This document shows positions 37,227-51,147 of a DNA stretch of 64,000 nucleotides, in pieces. A program made the translations under genes and the position numbers. Position 1 is the stretch's first letter. Each line of letters opens with the position of its first letter. This stretch comes from Thermoanaerobaculia bacterium. Its GTDB lineage: Bacteria > Acidobacteriota > Thermoanaerobaculia > UBA5066. Below the pieces are notes generated by a model. That model had not been told where the DNA came from, did not search any database, and saw only the letters and a list, made by a program, of their open reading frames with translations. The DNA lies in assembly GCA_041482235.1 (NCBI GenBank), contig JBGPDK010000001.1, forward strand, positions 759 to 64,758, given 5' to 3'.

Positions 37227-39065
37227 ATGGGGATCCGTCCGCGCTTTTCCGCCCGGGCCGCGTGTATCGCGGCCGGTGCCCTCTCGATGGGGCTGGCCGG
37301 CTGCGCGACCGCGCCTCGCGAGGCCCAGATCCCGCAGACGGCGGCGCCGAGCGCACCCGAGGAGCCTCAGGCGATCTCGGCGGCGCGCAAGCTCGCCACC
37401 GAGCAGTTCCACCAGGGAAAGGCCCTCGCGCTCGCGGGCGACGGCGACTGCGCCCGCGAGGCCTTCCGCGAGGCTCTGGAGACGTTCCGCACCGCGGCGC
37501 GTCCGGGCGACCTTTCCGACCTCGCCTTCGCGGCCGACCTCTACGATTCGATCGCTCTCTACCGCCCCGCGATCGAAGCCGGCAGCCGCGCGACCGAGGC
37601 CGAACGGCCGCCCGCCGAAGACCCGAGAGACAGCCTCGTCGCCACCGCGCCGCTTCCGTCTCCCGACGAGATCGAGAAAGCCAAGACCGAGGTCGGGTCG
37701 GCGCCGGCGGGAACCGGTTTCGACATTCCGGTCGCCGTGAACGACGCCGTCCTCCGGGCCGTCGCCTTCTACCAGTTCCGGACCCCCCTGGCCTTCGCGT
37801 CGGCGCTCAAGCGCAGCGGGCGCTACCTCGACCTCATGCGCGGCGTTCTCAAAGAGGAGGGCGTTCCCCAGGATCTCGTCTACGTCGCGATGGTCGAGTC
37901 GGCTTTCAAGTACCAGGCCCACTCCCGGGCCGCCGCCCACGGCTTCTGGCAGTTCATCCCCGGCACGGGCAGGCGCTACGGGCTCAGGCGGAACCGCTCC
38001 TTCGACGAGCGCAGCGATCCCGTGAAGTCCACGCGCGCCGCGGCCGCCTATTTCCGCGACCTGTACGAGATGTTCGGGGACTGGCACCTCGCGATGGCCG
38101 CCTACGACGCGGGCGAGGGCAAGATCCTCAGGAGCCTCCAGCGCACGGGCGCGCGCGATTTCTGGGAGCTTTCGGCGGGCAGCATTCTCCGCCGCGAGAC
38201 GCGCGACTACGTGCCCTTCGTTCTCGCGGCCGCGCTCATCGCCAAAGACCCGGCGCGCTTCGGTTTCGACGTCGTTGCCGACCCGCCGCTCGCATGGGAC
38301 AAGGTGACGGTGCACAGGCCCGTCGACCTCGCGCGGGTGGCCGAGCTGACCGGCAGCACGTTGCCCGACCTCCTGCTCCTCAACAGCGAGCTCAGGACGC
38401 GCGCGACTCCGCACGGCGTCCCCTCGTACGACTTGCGCGTCCCCGCGGGCTCGGCCGCTCTTTTGGCTTCCCGGATCGCGGCCCTTCCCGCGGCGAGAGC
38501 GACCGCCGAGAAGCGCGTCGTCGTCAAGAAGGGCGACACGCTCCAGAAGATCGCGCGCCGAGCGGGCGTCTCCCTGGCCGAGCTGTGCGACTGGAACGAC
38601 CTGCCTCGCACGGCCCGTCCGAAGAAGGGCACCGTCCTCGTCGTGCCGATGAAACGCGGATCCCGCCCGCCGCGGGAAGCTCTTGCGTCGGCGTCGCCCT
38701 CGTCCGGCGGTGAGATCCGCGGCGTCCCGACCACCGCAGCCGCGGTCACGCACGCGTCGCAGGTCGGGCCCTATACCTCTTCCGTTCCGCCCACGACCGC
38801 TCCGGGCCCGGGCCGCGAGCCGGTGCCCGCCGCCGTCCCGATTCCCGCCGAGGGTTTCGTCGAGACACCCGCAAAGAAAGCTGCAAAGGCCGCGCCCGGA
38901 ACTCACCTCGTCCGCCACGTCGTGAAACCCGGCGACACGCTTTTCGCGATCGCCTCTCGCTACGGCGTGAGCGTCGACGACATCCGGCGCCAGAACCGCA
39001 TTCGTTCGCCCCATGCGCTCCGGGCCGGGCAGACGCTGGTCCTCTCGCTCGCCACGCTGAACTGA
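37227..39065 (+). CDS. mltD: membrane-bound lytic murein transglycosylase D-like lipoprotein (SLT + 2 LysM)
   Basis: Lipobox LAGC. SLT motifs ESAFKYQAHSRAAAHGFWQFIPGTG and AAYDAGEG. Two LysM domains. Confidence 0.9.
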   Translation: MGIRPRFSARAACIAAGALSMGLAGCATAPREAQIPQTAAPSAPEEPQAISAARKLATEQFHQGKALALAGDGDCAREAFREALETFRTAARPGDLSDLAFAADLYDSIALYRPAIEAGSRATEAERPPAEDPRDSLVATAPLPSPDEIEKAKTEVGSAPAGTGFDIPVAVNDAVLRAVAFYQFRTPLAFASALKRSGRYLDLMRGVLKEEGVPQDLVYVAMVESAFKYQAHSRAAAHGFWQFIPGTGRRYGLRRNRSFDERSDPVKSTRAAAAYFRDLYEMFGDWHLAMAAYDAGEGKILRSLQRTGARDFWELSAGSILRRETRDYVPFVLAAALIAKDPARFGFDVVADPPLAWDKVTVHRPVDLARVAELTGSTLPDLLLLNSELRTRATPHGVPSYDLRVPAGSAALLASRIAALPAARATAEKRVVVKKGDTLQKIARRAGVSLAELCDWNDLPRTARPKKGTVLVVPMKRGSRPPREALASASPSSGGEIRGVPTTAAAVTHASQVGPYTSSVPPTTAPGPGREPVPAAVPIPAEGFVETPAKKAAKAAPGTHLVRHVVKPGDTLFAIASRYGVSVDDIRRQNRIRSPHALRAGQTLVLSLATLN

Positions 39066-39076
39066 CCAGGGGGACG

Positions 39077-40603
39077 ATGACCGTCGCCCGCGCGTACTCC
39101 GCGACGGTGTCCGGCCTCGAGGGCCGCACGGTCGTCGTGGAAGTGGCGATCGGGACGGGCCTTCCCGGACTCACGATCGTGGGCCTCCCCGACGCGGCCG
39201 TGAAGGAATGCCGCGAGCGCGTCCGGTCGGCGCTCCGGCACGTCGGATTCCCGATGCCCTCGAAGAACGTCGTCGTGAATCTGGCGCCGGCCGATCTCCC
39301 GAAATCGGGCACGGCCCTGGACCTCGCCGTCGCGCTCGCGATCCTCGCCGCGAACGGGGACCTGCCCGCCGAGGCCCTCGCGAAAGTCACTCTCGTCGGA
39401 GAGCTGGCCCTCGACGGGGAGCTCCGGCCCGTGCCGGGGGTGCTCTCGTTCGCCGAGACCTCGCGGAGAGAGGGGCGGGCTCTTCTCGTTCCTCCCGAAA
39501 ACGCCGAGGAAGCCGCCGCCGTGCCTTCTCTCGACGTCTTCGCGGCGCCCCACCTCGGCGCGGCGATCGCCCATCTCCTCGGGCGGGAGACGCTGCCGCG
39601 CGTGGCGCCTTCCGCCGTTCCTCCGCCGGCCGCCGGTTCCGAGCCGGACCTCGCGGACGTGAAAGGCCAGGCCGTCGCGCGCCGCGCACTCGAGATCGCC
39701 GCGGCGGGCGGGCACAACATCCTGTTCTCCGGCCCGCCCGGCTCGGGCAAGACGATGCTGGCGCGGAGGCTTCCGGGAATCCTTCCCCCGCTTTCGCGCG
39801 AGGAGAGCCTCGAAGCGACGCGCATCTGGAGCGTCGCGGGCCGCCTTCCGGCGGGAAGCGGCCTCCTCGTGCAGCGCCCTTTTCGTTCTCCGCATCACGG
39901 CGCGTCGGCGGCGGCCCTCGCGGGCGGCGGAGCCGACCCGCGCCCCGGCGAGCTCTCGCTCGCGCATTTCGGCGTCCTCTTTCTCGACGAGCTGCCCGAG
40001 TTCCGGAGGGACGCGCTCGAGGCGCTCCGCGAGCCTCTCGAAGACGGAGTCGTTTCCGTCGCCCGCGTGGCCGGAGCGCGCACGTTTCCGGCCCGCTTCC
40101 TCCTCGTCGGCGCGATGAACCCATGCCCGTGCGGCTTCCGCGGGGATCCGCGCCGCGCCTGCTCGTGCTCTCCGCACGACGTGGCGCGCTATCGCCGGAA
40201 GATCTCCGGGCCTCTCCTCGACCGCATCGACCTGCACGTCGAGGTGCCGGCGCTGGCCGCGTCGGACCTGGGCTCGGAGGGCGGCGGTGAGACCTCGGCG
40301 GCCGTCCGCTCGCGGGTGGAAGCGGCCCGGGCACGCCAGGCGGACCGATCGGGAGATCCCCGCCTCGTGAACGCCGCGCTGCCGGGCCGCCTCGCCCGTT
40401 CGATCCTGAAGACGGCACCCGAGGCCCGCGCGCTCCTGACCCGGGCCGTCGACCGCCTCACACTTTCCGCGCGGGGCTTCCAGCGCGTCCTACGCGTCGC
40501 CCGGACGATCGCGGACCTTCAGGACGCGTTACTGATCCAGCCGGCGCACGTGGCCGAAGCGCTCCGATTTCGCCCTGCCGGAGACCCGGCTCAAGCTGGC
40601 TAA
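39077..40603 (+). CDS. comM: YifB/ComM family Mg-chelatase-like AAA+ ATPase
   Basis: Walker A GPPGSGKT, GVLFLDELPEF, and the C-terminal Zn-ribbon-like CPCGFRGDPRRACSCS. Confidence 0.9.
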   Translation: MTVARAYSATVSGLEGRTVVVEVAIGTGLPGLTIVGLPDAAVKECRERVRSALRHVGFPMPSKNVVVNLAPADLPKSGTALDLAVALAILAANGDLPAEALAKVTLVGELALDGELRPVPGVLSFAETSRREGRALLVPPENAEEAAAVPSLDVFAAPHLGAAIAHLLGRETLPRVAPSAVPPPAAGSEPDLADVKGQAVARRALEIAAAGGHNILFSGPPGSGKTMLARRLPGILPPLSREESLEATRIWSVAGRLPAGSGLLVQRPFRSPHHGASAAALAGGGADPRPGELSLAHFGVLFLDELPEFRRDALEALREPLEDGVVSVARVAGARTFPARFLLVGAMNPCPCGFRGDPRRACSCSPHDVARYRRKISGPLLDRIDLHVEVPALAASDLGSEGGGETSAAVRSRVEAARARQADRSGDPRLVNAALPGRLARSILKTAPEARALLTRAVDRLTLSARGFQRVLRVARTIADLQDALLIQPAHVAEALRFRPAGDPAQAG

Positions 40604-40645
40604 TTCCATTTCTATCAATGAGTTGGATTGAGAATGTGTCTCTCA

Positions 40646-40673
40646 TTGACAAGCCCTCCCGCCGGCCTAAAAC
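40646..40673 (+). promoter_or_regulatory. sigma70-like promoter in a 169-nt AT-rich intergenic region upstream of the M23 peptidase
   Basis: TTGACA 40646-40651, 16-nt spacer, TAAAAC 40668-40673. Confidence 0.4.
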
Positions 40674-40772
40674 TGTCATAGCCCAATCGACGGTTCCTGG
40701 TATTGGCCATGCCCGGGTTCGCAGGGTGATCGCGGAAAGTAGACGAAAAAAGAACGCCTCGGGAGCGCACGG

Positions 40773-41651
40773 ATGCCGAAACGCGAGCACACGATCATCT
40801 TCCTGCCCCACGCGAGGGCGCGTTTCCGGCAGTTTCGCGTTTCCTCGCGCGCCCTCTGGGCCCTGGGCATCTCATTCGGCCTCTCGATTCTCCTCGGCGT
40901 GACGTTCTCCCTCCTCTGGGTCCGATCCATCCAAAAAAAGAGCGAGGTCACCGCCATTCTCGCGGAGAACTCCGACCTGAGGTCACGCGCGGCTCTCACG
41001 AACACGCGTCTGGAGACGATCGAGAAGATGCTGGCCGAATTCGAGGATCGCACGCGCCGCCTGTCCATCGTCGCCGGGCTGTCGGCGGTCCGGGACCCAG
41101 GGTTCGGCGGCGTCGGCGGTCTCACGGCGGTGCCCGTGAACCCGGCGGATTCCGCCGACTCGGGCCTCAGCGAGGCCGGGCGGCGTGGGGCACTCCTGTC
41201 GTCGCGCCTGGTCTTCGTCGAGAAGAAGCTTCTCCTTCAGGCCGACCAGCTCGCCCTGACACCCACGATCGTCCCCGCCGCCGGCGTGCTGACGGCGGGC
41301 TTCGGGTCGCGCCCCGACCCGTTCACGAACCGCCCCGAATTCCACACGGGCATCGACATCTCGACGCCCGCCGGGAATCGCGTTGTGGCCCCCGCATCCG
41401 GCACCATCGTGCGCGTGGGCTACCAACAGGGATACGGGCGCTTCGTGGAGATCGCCCACGGCTACGGCGTCACGACGCTGTTCGGGCACCTTCAGGCGGC
41501 GCGGGTGGCCGAGGGCCAGCGCGTCAGGCGCGGCGACGTCGTGGCGCTCGTCGGCTCCACGGGCCGCTCCACCGGGCCTCACCTCCACTACGAGGTCCGC
41601 AGCGAGGGCAGGCCGGTGAACCCCCTGAATTACGTCCTGAACGCCTTCTGA
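40773..41651 (+). CDS. M23-family peptidoglycan DD-metalloendopeptidase
   Basis: [20 protein letters not shown] and [13 protein letters not shown]-terminal TM anchor and coiled-coil. Confidence 0.9.
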   Translation: MPKREHTIIFLPHARARFRQFRVSSRALWALGISFGLSILLGVTFSLLWVRSIQKKSEVTAILAENSDLRSRAALTNTRLETIEKMLAEFEDRTRRLSIVAGLSAVRDPGFGGVGGLTAVPVNPADSADSGLSEAGRRGALLSSRLVFVEKKLLLQADQLALTPTIVPAAGVLTAGFGSRPDPFTNRPEFHTGIDISTPAGNRVVAPASGTIVRVGYQQGYGRFVEIAHGYGVTTLFGHLQAARVAEGQRVRRGDVVALVGSTGRSTGPHLHYEVRSEGRPVNPLNYVLNAF

Positions 41652-41690
41652 CCTGAAGGCCGACTCCGTCTTTCCGTTTCTTTCTTGTTT

Positions 41691-41730
41691 CTCATATTCG
41701 GCGGCTGCTGTGGCAGCCGCCGATATTCCG
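41691..41730. repeat. second copy of the REP-like palindrome (cggcggctgc-tgtg-gcagccgccg) in the secA upstream intergenic region
   Basis: Shares about 35 bp with the mocA insertion, including the flanks (tttNtatNcggcggctgctgNtgcagccgccgata). Confidence 0.55.
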
Positions 41731-41791
41731 TATTCTTCCTTCCTGTTAAACTGAATCTCTCGCGTGCGCCCTCCGTGCGCGCAAGTCCTTC

Positions 41792-44632
<2,841 letters not shown>

Positions 44633-44678
44633 CCGGGCAGACGAAAGAGGCCCTCCACCGTCTGTGGTATGAATCCAC

Positions 44679-46151
44679 ATGGTGAATGACCGGGAGATCC
44701 CGCTCGCCCTCACGTTCGACGACGTTCTCCTCCTCCCCGCCCGCTCGAAGGTCCATCCGGCCGAGACCGACCTGAAGACGCGCCTCGCGCCGGGAATCGG
44801 GCTGAACATCCCCATCCTCTCGGCGGCAATGGACACGGTCACCGAGTCGCGCCTCGCGATCGCGATGGCGCAGAACGGGGGCCTCGGCGTCATCCACAAG
44901 AGCTTCGGAATCGAGGCGCAGGCCGCGGAGGTCGACAAGGTAAAGCGCTCCGAAAGCGGGATGATCGTCGACCCCGTCACGTGCCGCCCGACCCAGAAAA
45001 TCTCCGAGGCGCTCGAGGTCATGGCGAACTTCCGGATCTCGGGCGTCCCCGTCGTGGACGACCGCGGCAAGCTCGTCGGGATCCTCACGAACCGCGACCT
45101 GCGCTTCGAGACGCGCATGGACCTCCCGATCTCCGAGCGCATGACGAAGGAGAATCTCGTGACGTGCCCGCCGGGCACCACGCTCGAGCAGGCCAAGGAG
45201 CTTCTCCACCGCCACCGCATCGAGAAGCTCCTCGTCGTGGACAAGGCCGGCAATCTCAAGGGCCTCATCACCGTCAAGGACATCCAGAAGCAGATCAGGT
45301 ACCCGAGCGCCTGCAAGGACTCGTTCGGGCGACTGCGAGTGGCCGCGGCCGTGGGCGCGAGCGCCGACCTCGTGGATCGCGCGCGGGAGCTCGTCGCCGC
45401 GAAGGTCGACCTCCTCGTGCTCGACTCGTCCCACGGGCACAGCGAAGGCGTTCTCACGTCCCTCGTGACGCTCAAGAGGAGATTCCCCTCGACCCCCGTT
45501 CTCGCCGGCAACGTGGCGACGGCGGAAGGAACACGCGACCTCGTGCGCCGGGGAGCCGACGCCGTGAAGATCGGCATCGGACCGGGCTCCATCTGCACGA
45601 CGCGCGTCGTGACGGGCGCCGGTGTGCCGCAGATCCACGCCATCCGCGAATGCGTGAAGGGCGCGGGGAAGGCGAACGTCTCCCTCGTGGCCGACGGGGG
45701 AATCAAGTTCTCGGGCGACGTCACGAAGGCCCTTGCCGCGGGCGCGCATTCCGTGATGATCGGGAGCCTCTTCGCGGGCACGGACGAGGCGCCCGGCGAA
45801 ACGATCCTGTATCAGGGCCGCACGTTCAAGGCGTACCGCGGCATGGGCTCGCTCGGCGCGATGAAGCTGGGCTCCGCCGACCGCTACTTCCAGGACGAAG
45901 AAGAGCCGCGGAAACTGGTGCCGGAAGGGATCGAGGGCATGGTCCCGCACAAGGGTCCCGTCGCGACGCTCCTCACGCAGCTCACGGGCGGCGTGCGCTC
46001 GGGCATGGGCCTCGCGGGAGCGGCGAACCTCCCCGAGCTCGTGAAGAAGGCCCGCTTCGTGCGCATCACGACGGCCGGCCTCAAAGAGAGCCACGCCCAC
46101 GACGTCATCATCACGAAGGAAGCACCGAACTACCGGCGCGAAGGAATCTGA
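44679..46151 (+). CDS. guaB: IMP dehydrogenase
   Basis: [11 protein letters not shown] active site, an inserted CBS pair, and the C-terminal motifs. Confidence 0.97.
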   Translation: MVNDREIPLALTFDDVLLLPARSKVHPAETDLKTRLAPGIGLNIPILSAAMDTVTESRLAIAMAQNGGLGVIHKSFGIEAQAAEVDKVKRSESGMIVDPVTCRPTQKISEALEVMANFRISGVPVVDDRGKLVGILTNRDLRFETRMDLPISERMTKENLVTCPPGTTLEQAKELLHRHRIEKLLVVDKAGNLKGLITVKDIQKQIRYPSACKDSFGRLRVAAAVGASADLVDRARELVAAKVDLLVLDSSHGHSEGVLTSLVTLKRRFPSTPVLAGNVATAEGTRDLVRRGADAVKIGIGPGSICTTRVVTGAGVPQIHAIRECVKGAGKANVSLVADGGIKFSGDVTKALAAGAHSVMIGSLFAGTDEAPGETILYQGRTFKAYRGMGSLGAMKLGSADRYFQDEEEPRKLVPEGIEGMVPHKGPVATLLTQLTGGVRSGMGLAGAANLPELVKKARFVRITTAGLKESHAHDVIITKEAPNYRREGI

Positions 46152-46900
46152 GCACACCCGTTTTCAAGGACCACTTCTCGGGCCACGCGAGCGATTACGC
46201 GCGCTACCGCCCCACGTATCCGCCCGAGCTCTTCCGGACGGTCGCGGCGCTCGCCGCGCGGCACGAGCGCTGCTGGGACGCCGGCACCGGAAGCGGGCAG
46301 GCGGCCGTCGGCCTCGCGGAGCACTTCGCCGAGGTCGTCGCTACGGACGCCAGCGGGGACCAGATCACGCATGCCATCCCTCATCCGCGCGTGACGTATC
46401 GCGTGGCGCCCGCCGAGAATTCGGGACTGAAGGACGCTTCCGTCGACCTCATCACCGTCGGCCAGGCAGTCCACTGGTTTGCCTTGAAGACTTTCTATGA
46501 AGAGGTGAGAAGGGTCTCGGCGCCCGGCGCGGCCCTCGCGGTGTGGGCATACGACCTCTTCGACGTGGAGGGCGATGCGGGAGCGGTCGTTCGCCGTTTT
46601 CACACGCGCGTCGAGCCGTACTGGCCGCCCGAGCGCGCGCTCGTCGCCCGCCGCTACGCCGATCTTTTCTTCCCATTCGAAGAAATTCCCGTCGCGGCGG
46701 TCCGAATGAGTGCCGCCTGGGACCTCGAACGGACGCTCGGATATCTTTCCACCTGGTCTTCCGTGAAGGCGTTCCAGAAGGCGAATCGCGAGGACCCCGT
46801 CGCCGCTCTCGCGCCCGAGCTGGCCGCAGCCTGGGGCGACCCGGCTGCCGAGAAGAAGGTCTCGTGGCCTCTCGTCCTCCGCGCGGGGCGGATCGTCTAG
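46148..46900 (+). CDS. class I SAM-dependent methyltransferase (Methyltransf_11-like), probable CTG start overlapping the guaB stop (CTGA)
   Basis: N-terminus (M)[24 protein letters not shown], motif [19 protein letters not shown]. No ATG/GTG/TTG is available upstream of motif I in this frame. Confidence 0.7.
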   Translation: MSTPVFKDHFSGHASDYARYRPTYPPELFRTVAALAARHERCWDAGTGSGQAAVGLAEHFAEVVATDASGDQITHAIPHPRVTYRVAPAENSGLKDASVDLITVGQAVHWFALKTFYEEVRRVSAPGAALAVWAYDLFDVEGDAGAVVRRFHTRVEPYWPPERALVARRYADLFFPFEEIPVAAVRMSAAWDLERTLGYLSTWSSVKAFQKANREDPVAALAPELAAAWGDPAAEKKVSWPLVLRAGRIV

Positions 46901-48105
46901 CTCGTCGTCCTGAGCAGCGCCTCGACCGCCTTCACCAGCTCCTTCTTCAGCTTCGTGAAGCGCTCGCCCGTCGCGGGGCCATCGAAGCCGGAATGGACCT
47001 TCACGATGCGGTGCCGGCGGTCGAGGAACAGCGTTGTCGGGTATCCCTCCCAGCCTTCGAGCGGAAGGATCGCGGGCGAGGCGCTCGCGGCCTTCGTCGT
47101 GCCCGCGAGAAGGACCGGATGCCTCGTTCCGAAGCGCTCGATGAAGCGCTTCACCTGCCGGCGGTTGCGCTCCACATCGTCCGTGTACTCGAACGCCAGC
47201 GAGATCACCTCGAGGCCTTTCGGCCGGTATTCCGCGTAGAGGTCCCGGAGAACCGGCGCCTCGTCGGCGCAGTTCGGGCACCACGTTCCCATGAACGCGA
47301 CGAGCATCGGCCTGCCCGCGAACCGCGCGTCCGCCGTCGACACCATCCGGCCTTCGACGTCGGGAAATGACACGGCGTATGGCGCAGATGGATCCTTCGG
47401 TTTCACGAGGTCGAACGAGCCCGGCAGGAACGTGGCCGCGGAGGCCGCGTCGAGCCGTTTCGCGCGCCAGGACACCGGCGGGTTCGTGCGCGAGCGGTAC
47501 TCGCCCGCGAGCGCGCCGTCCGGAAGCAGCTCGGCGTCGTAGCGGTAGACGTGCACGCCGTCGAAGACCGACAGGACAAGCCGTTCCCCGTCGAACGTGC
47601 CGTGGAGCGCGCCGTAGTCGCCCGTCGTCGAGAGAAGGGTCCCCGTTACGGCGCCGCCCTTCTGTCGGAACACCCCGGTCATCTTCTCGACTCTCTTCCC
47701 TTCGCTCATCTCCACTCCCCAGCTCCCGTCGATCGAAGCGCCGCCTTTCGGCGCGGGCACGGGGGGCGGCGCCCTTCGGGACGCGCGAAACGGCACCTCG
47801 GCGAGGCCCGTCGCGACGACGCGCGTGTACCCGCCTTCGAGCCGGCCCGCCGTCACCTCGGCCACGATCCTGGCGTCGTAGTTCGCGAGCTCGAGCGTCA
47901 ATTTCGCGCCGTCCCAGGCGGCCGAAGTGAACGGAATCTCGGACGTGCCGTTCAGAAGTGACGCAGAAAGGCTGGAGCCCTTCCCGGCGATCTTCACGTC
48001 GAAGAACACCTCGTGGCCGGCTGACGGAACCAGGTCGGCGTGCCAGAGACCGACGGGCGCCGCGGGCGGCGCCGCAGGGAGATTCTCTGAAAGTAAGAGG
48101 GCCAC
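46897..48105 (-). CDS. TlpA-like thiol:disulfide oxidoreductase (thioredoxin fold, WCPNC) with an N-terminal beta-rich domain
   Basis: WCPNCADEAPVLRDL, EVISLAFEY. The listed GTG start gives no signal peptide. The same frame from CTG 48159 encodes MQSFLEGKKGGAAGLAVLVALLL, which looks like a signal peptide. Confidence 0.75.
   Translation of the reverse strand: MALLLSENLPAAPPAAPVGLWHADLVPSAGHEVFFDVKIAGKGSSLSASLLNGTSEIPFTSAAWDGAKLTLELANYDARIVAEVTAGRLEGGYTRVVATGLAEVPFRASRRAPPPVPAPKGGASIDGSWGVEMSEGKRVEKMTGVFRQKGGAVTGTLLSTTGDYGALHGTFDGERLVLSVFDGVHVYRYDAELLPDGALAGEYRSRTNPPVSWRAKRLDAASAATFLPGSFDLVKPKDPSAPYAVSFPDVEGRMVSTADARFAGRPMLVAFMGTWCPNCADEAPVLRDLYAEYRPKGLEVISLAFEYTDDVERNRRQVKRFIERFGTRHPVLLAGTTKAASASPAILPLEGWEGYPTTLFLDRRHRIVKVHSGFDGPATGERFTKLKKELVKAVEALLRTTS
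48082..48099. repeat. AT-rich ATTCTCTGAAAGT(G)AAGAG-type motif (second sub-family)
   Basis: Near-identical 18-19-mers at 3686-3704 (inside the GT) and, as a variant, at 29763-29788 (inside rsmE). The stretch gaaagt(g)aagagggccacg is shared between 29769-29788 and 48090-48107. Confidence 0.5.
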
Positions 48106-48210
48106 GAGGACGGCGAGTCCGGCGGCGCCTCCTTTCTTCCCTTCTAAGAAACTTTGCAGACCATCACCCGCCGAACGATCGCCTGCATTCCCGCACGGGT
48201 CCGAAGCAAA

Positions 48211-49578
48211 TCATTCTCTCTCTCTCGTCTTTTTCAGCTTCTCCCGCAGCGCCCGCACTGCCTCGGCGCGCGCCTTGAGGTCTTTCTCTCGCCCTTCGCC
48301 AGACGGCCGGTAGTAGTTCCGCCCCGCGAGAGAGTCCGGCAGGCACGAGAGGCCCGCCGTCTTTTCCTCCATGTCGTGCGCGTACCTGTAGCCCGCGCCA
48401 TAGCCGACCTGCTTCATCAGCTTCGTGGGCGCGTTGCGGATCGCGAGCGGCGGCGGCTCGTTGGGACGCTCGTGCACGTCGGCGACGGCTTCTCCGTATG
48501 CCGTGTAGAGCGCGTTCGACTTCGGAGCGAGCGCGAGATGGACGGCAATCTCGGCGAGCGCGAGCGCGCCCTCCGGCATGCCGATGAAGTGCACGGCCTC
48601 CTTCGCGGCGATCGCCAGCGCGAGCGACGACGGGTCGGCGAGGCCGACGTCCTCGGAGGCGAAGCGCACGAGCCGGCGGGCCACATAGAGCGGGTCCTCC
48701 CCCGCCTCGAGCATCCGCGCGAGCCAGTAGAGAGAGGCGTCCACATCCGAGTCCCGGAGCGACTTGTGGAGAGCCGAGATGAGATTGAAGTGCTCCTCGC
48801 CGGACTTGTCGTAGAGCAGCACTTTTCGCTTGAAGAGATCCTCGAGGAGAGAGACCGAGACCGAAGAGGAATTCTCTTCGAAAGGAATATCGGAAACCGC
48901 CGCTTCAAGTGCCGTGAGCGCCCTTCTCGCGTCGCCGTCGGCAAAGCGGGATATCCATTCGAAGGCATCCTCTTCAACCGTCACCCTGGCCGCGAGTCCC
49001 CTCGTGGGGTCCGCGAGCGCTTTCTTCATCAGCCTCACGAGGTCCACCTCCGTGAGCGCGGGCAGAATGACGACCCTCAGGCGGGACAGCAGCGCCCCGT
49101 TCAGCTCGAACGAGGGGTTCTCGGTCGTGGCTCCCACGAGCACGATGTCCCCCGCCTCCACGAACGGCAGGAAGGCGTCCTGCTGTGCCCGGTTGAAGCG
49201 GTGGATCTCGTCCACGAAGAGAAGCGTGCGGTGGCCCTGGCGCTTGGCGCGGGCCGCCTCCTCCATCACATTCCGGATCTCCTTGATACCGGAGACGACC
49301 GCCGAGAAGCCCAGGAAGCGAGCCCGGGTCTTCTTGGCGACGATTCTCGCCAGGGTCGTCTTGCCGCTTCCGGGCGGTCCCCAGAAGACGAGCGAAGGAA
49401 CCTTGTCGGTGGCGAGCGCTTTCGCGAGAAACGAACCCGGACCCACGAGATCCGCCGGCCCTTCCACCTCGGACAGGTCGCGGGGGCGCATCCGCTCGGC
49501 GAGCGGCGCCTCGCTCGACGGTTCCGAGTCGGCAGCCGGGCGTTCGTCCTCGAAAAGGTCGCCCGGCGCGGAGCTCAC
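48211..49578 (-). CDS. rarA: replication-associated recombination protein A (RarA/MgsA AAA+ ATPase)
   Basis: PLAERMRPRDLSEVEG, GPPGSGKTTLA, and the C-terminal MgsA helical domains. GTG start with GTGA overlap to the upstream TPR gene's stop. Upstream of that the listed ORF is shadow. Confidence 0.85.
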   Translation of the reverse strand: MSSAPGDLFEDERPAADSEPSSEAPLAERMRPRDLSEVEGPADLVGPGSFLAKALATDKVPSLVFWGPPGSGKTTLARIVAKKTRARFLGFSAVVSGIKEIRNVMEEAARAKRQGHRTLLFVDEIHRFNRAQQDAFLPFVEAGDIVLVGATTENPSFELNGALLSRLRVVILPALTEVDLVRLMKKALADPTRGLAARVTVEEDAFEWISRFADGDARRALTALEAAVSDIPFEENSSSVSVSLLEDLFKRKVLLYDKSGEEHFNLISALHKSLRDSDVDASLYWLARMLEAGEDPLYVARRLVRFASEDVGLADPSSLALAIAAKEAVHFIGMPEGALALAEIAVHLALAPKSNALYTAYGEAVADVHERPNEPPPLAIRNAPTKLMKQVGYGAGYRYAHDMEEKTAGLSCLPDSLAGRNYYRPSGEGREKDLKARAEAVRALREKLKKTRERE

Positions 49579-50315
49579 GCCCCTCCGCGCGCCTTGGACC
49601 GCTGCTCGATGTCGCCTGTGAGGCGGTCGAGAGCCGGGATCTCGGGATGCTCTTTCTTGAGCTTCGCGAGAATTTCGAGCGCCTTTTTCGTGTCGCCTTT
49701 GTCGATGCCGAAGACGATCGCCAGATTGAACTGCGCGGGCCAGTGGTTCGGGTCGAGGGCCGCCGCCTTCTGGAACATCACGAGCGCCCTGTCCGTGTTG
49801 CCGAGATTGCGGTACGCGACGCCGAGATCGGTGAGGACGTTCGGGTCGCCCTCGCGCAGCTTGAGCGCCCTCTCGTAAGCGTCGACCGCCTTCTTCCAAT
49901 CCTCCACGTCGTAGGCCGTGTTTCCGAGCTGCACGAGAAGCTCCGCGTTCTTGGGCTCCTTAAGGACGGCGGCCTCGAGCTCGGAGAGCTTCTGACGAGC
50001 GACGGGGTCGGCAGCGAGTGAGGGCTGGCCACCTCCGCTGCCGGGCAGGTCGCGCGTGGCGCCCGGGCCGACGCCGGCGAGCCCCGCGTGCGGATCGGCC
50101 TGGTTCGCCTGCGGCACCGCCGACTGGTTCTTGTCCAGGTACAGGTACGCGGCCGTGAAGCCGGCGAGAAGTCCCACGGCGAGGAACAGGCCCCGGTCCG
50201 CCCACGGGGACGTGCGGGACGCCGGACGCTCGGCGGCGCGGGCCTGCTTCTCGCGGGAGGGCTTACCCGCCGGGACCGGCGGAGGCAGGTGGTCGTCGGT
50301 CTCTTCGGGCGTCAT
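49575..50315 (-). CDS. membrane-anchored TPR-repeat protein
   Basis: One TM helix (LFLAVGLLAGFTAAYLYL), then TPRs (LVQLGNTAYDVEDWKKAVDAYERALKL...). Confidence 0.7.
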   Translation of the reverse strand: MTPEETDDHLPPPVPAGKPSREKQARAAERPASRTSPWADRGLFLAVGLLAGFTAAYLYLDKNQSAVPQANQADPHAGLAGVGPGATRDLPGSGGGQPSLAADPVARQKLSELEAAVLKEPKNAELLVQLGNTAYDVEDWKKAVDAYERALKLREGDPNVLTDLGVAYRNLGNTDRALVMFQKAAALDPNHWPAQFNLAIVFGIDKGDTKKALEILAKLKKEHPEIPALDRLTGDIEQRSKARGGA

Positions 50316-50317
50316 CT

Positions 50318-51094
50318 CTATTCACTCTCCTCGTCGCGCGCCGGCTGCGCCGCCCACGTGCCGGCAACGGGACCCGAATCGGGGAGCGGTGCGAGCTGCG
50401 TTCCGTCCCAGGTGCCCGCGATGCGGCGCGTCGTTCCCGTCGTCAGCCGGCCGTAAAACTTCGCATCTATTCCGCGCTGCGCGTCGATCCGCTCGAGCAC
50501 GACGCGGTCGCCCACGAACGTGCCCCGGAGCGAACCATGAAATCCTCCGTCGAGGACGAAGTCACCGGAAAGAATCGTGCCGTCCAGCGCGAGGCGGTAG
50601 AAGCCCCGTCGCGCTCCCGGGTTGATGAAGACCTCCCAGCGGCCCGTGAGCGGGTCGGACGGGCTGCTCCTCAGCGCGTCGCGCCGGCGCGCGATCTCGT
50701 CCCGGAACGCCGCGAGATGGCGCACATGCTCGGCGAGGCGCTCGGAAACGGCCCGCCGCCTGTCCTGTCCCGCCTGCGCGCGGGCCCGCGCTTCGGCCTC
50801 GGCCTGTTCGGCCTGCTCGAGCGCGTTCCTGTCGAGGATGCCCTCGCGCGCGAGCCGGGCGATCTGGTTCAGGGCCGCGTTGACGTCGGACTCCGCTCGC
50901 GACGCCTGCGCCGAAATCCGGTCGAACTCCTCGAGATCCTCCAGGACGCGCCTCTTCTCCATGTCCACCGAGGCCAGAAGGACGTCGAGCACGGCATCGC
51001 CGCTCCGGGTCGACACGGGAACGGCAGCGGCCGGCCGCAGGAGCGTCAGCAGAAGCGCCACGGCGAGCGCGGAGCGTATCGGGCGCAAATTCAT
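50318..51094 (-). CDS. secreted coiled-coil hypothetical protein
   Basis: Signal peptide MNLRPIRSALAVALLLTLLRPAAA, a charged coiled-coil middle, and a beta-rich C-terminus. High GC3. Confidence 0.65.
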   Translation of the reverse strand: MNLRPIRSALAVALLLTLLRPAAAVPVSTRSGDAVLDVLLASVDMEKRRVLEDLEEFDRISAQASRAESDVNAALNQIARLAREGILDRNALEQAEQAEAEARARAQAGQDRRRAVSERLAEHVRHLAAFRDEIARRRDALRSSPSDPLTGRWEVFINPGARRGFYRLALDGTILSGDFVLDGGFHGSLRGTFVGDRVVLERIDAQRGIDAKFYGRLTTGTTRRIAGTWDGTQLAPLPDSGPVAGTWAAQPARDEESE

Positions 51095-51147
51095 CCTCGC
51101 TACTATACGGAAGTCCGGAGCCCGACATCCATGAGGACGTCCGGGGA

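Noticed and set aside
40618-40902. 94-aa ORF covering the AT-rich intergenic region and the M23 peptidase 5' end
   Set aside because: It runs through a promoter-like region in a different frame from the M23 gene and has low GC3. It is likely spurious.
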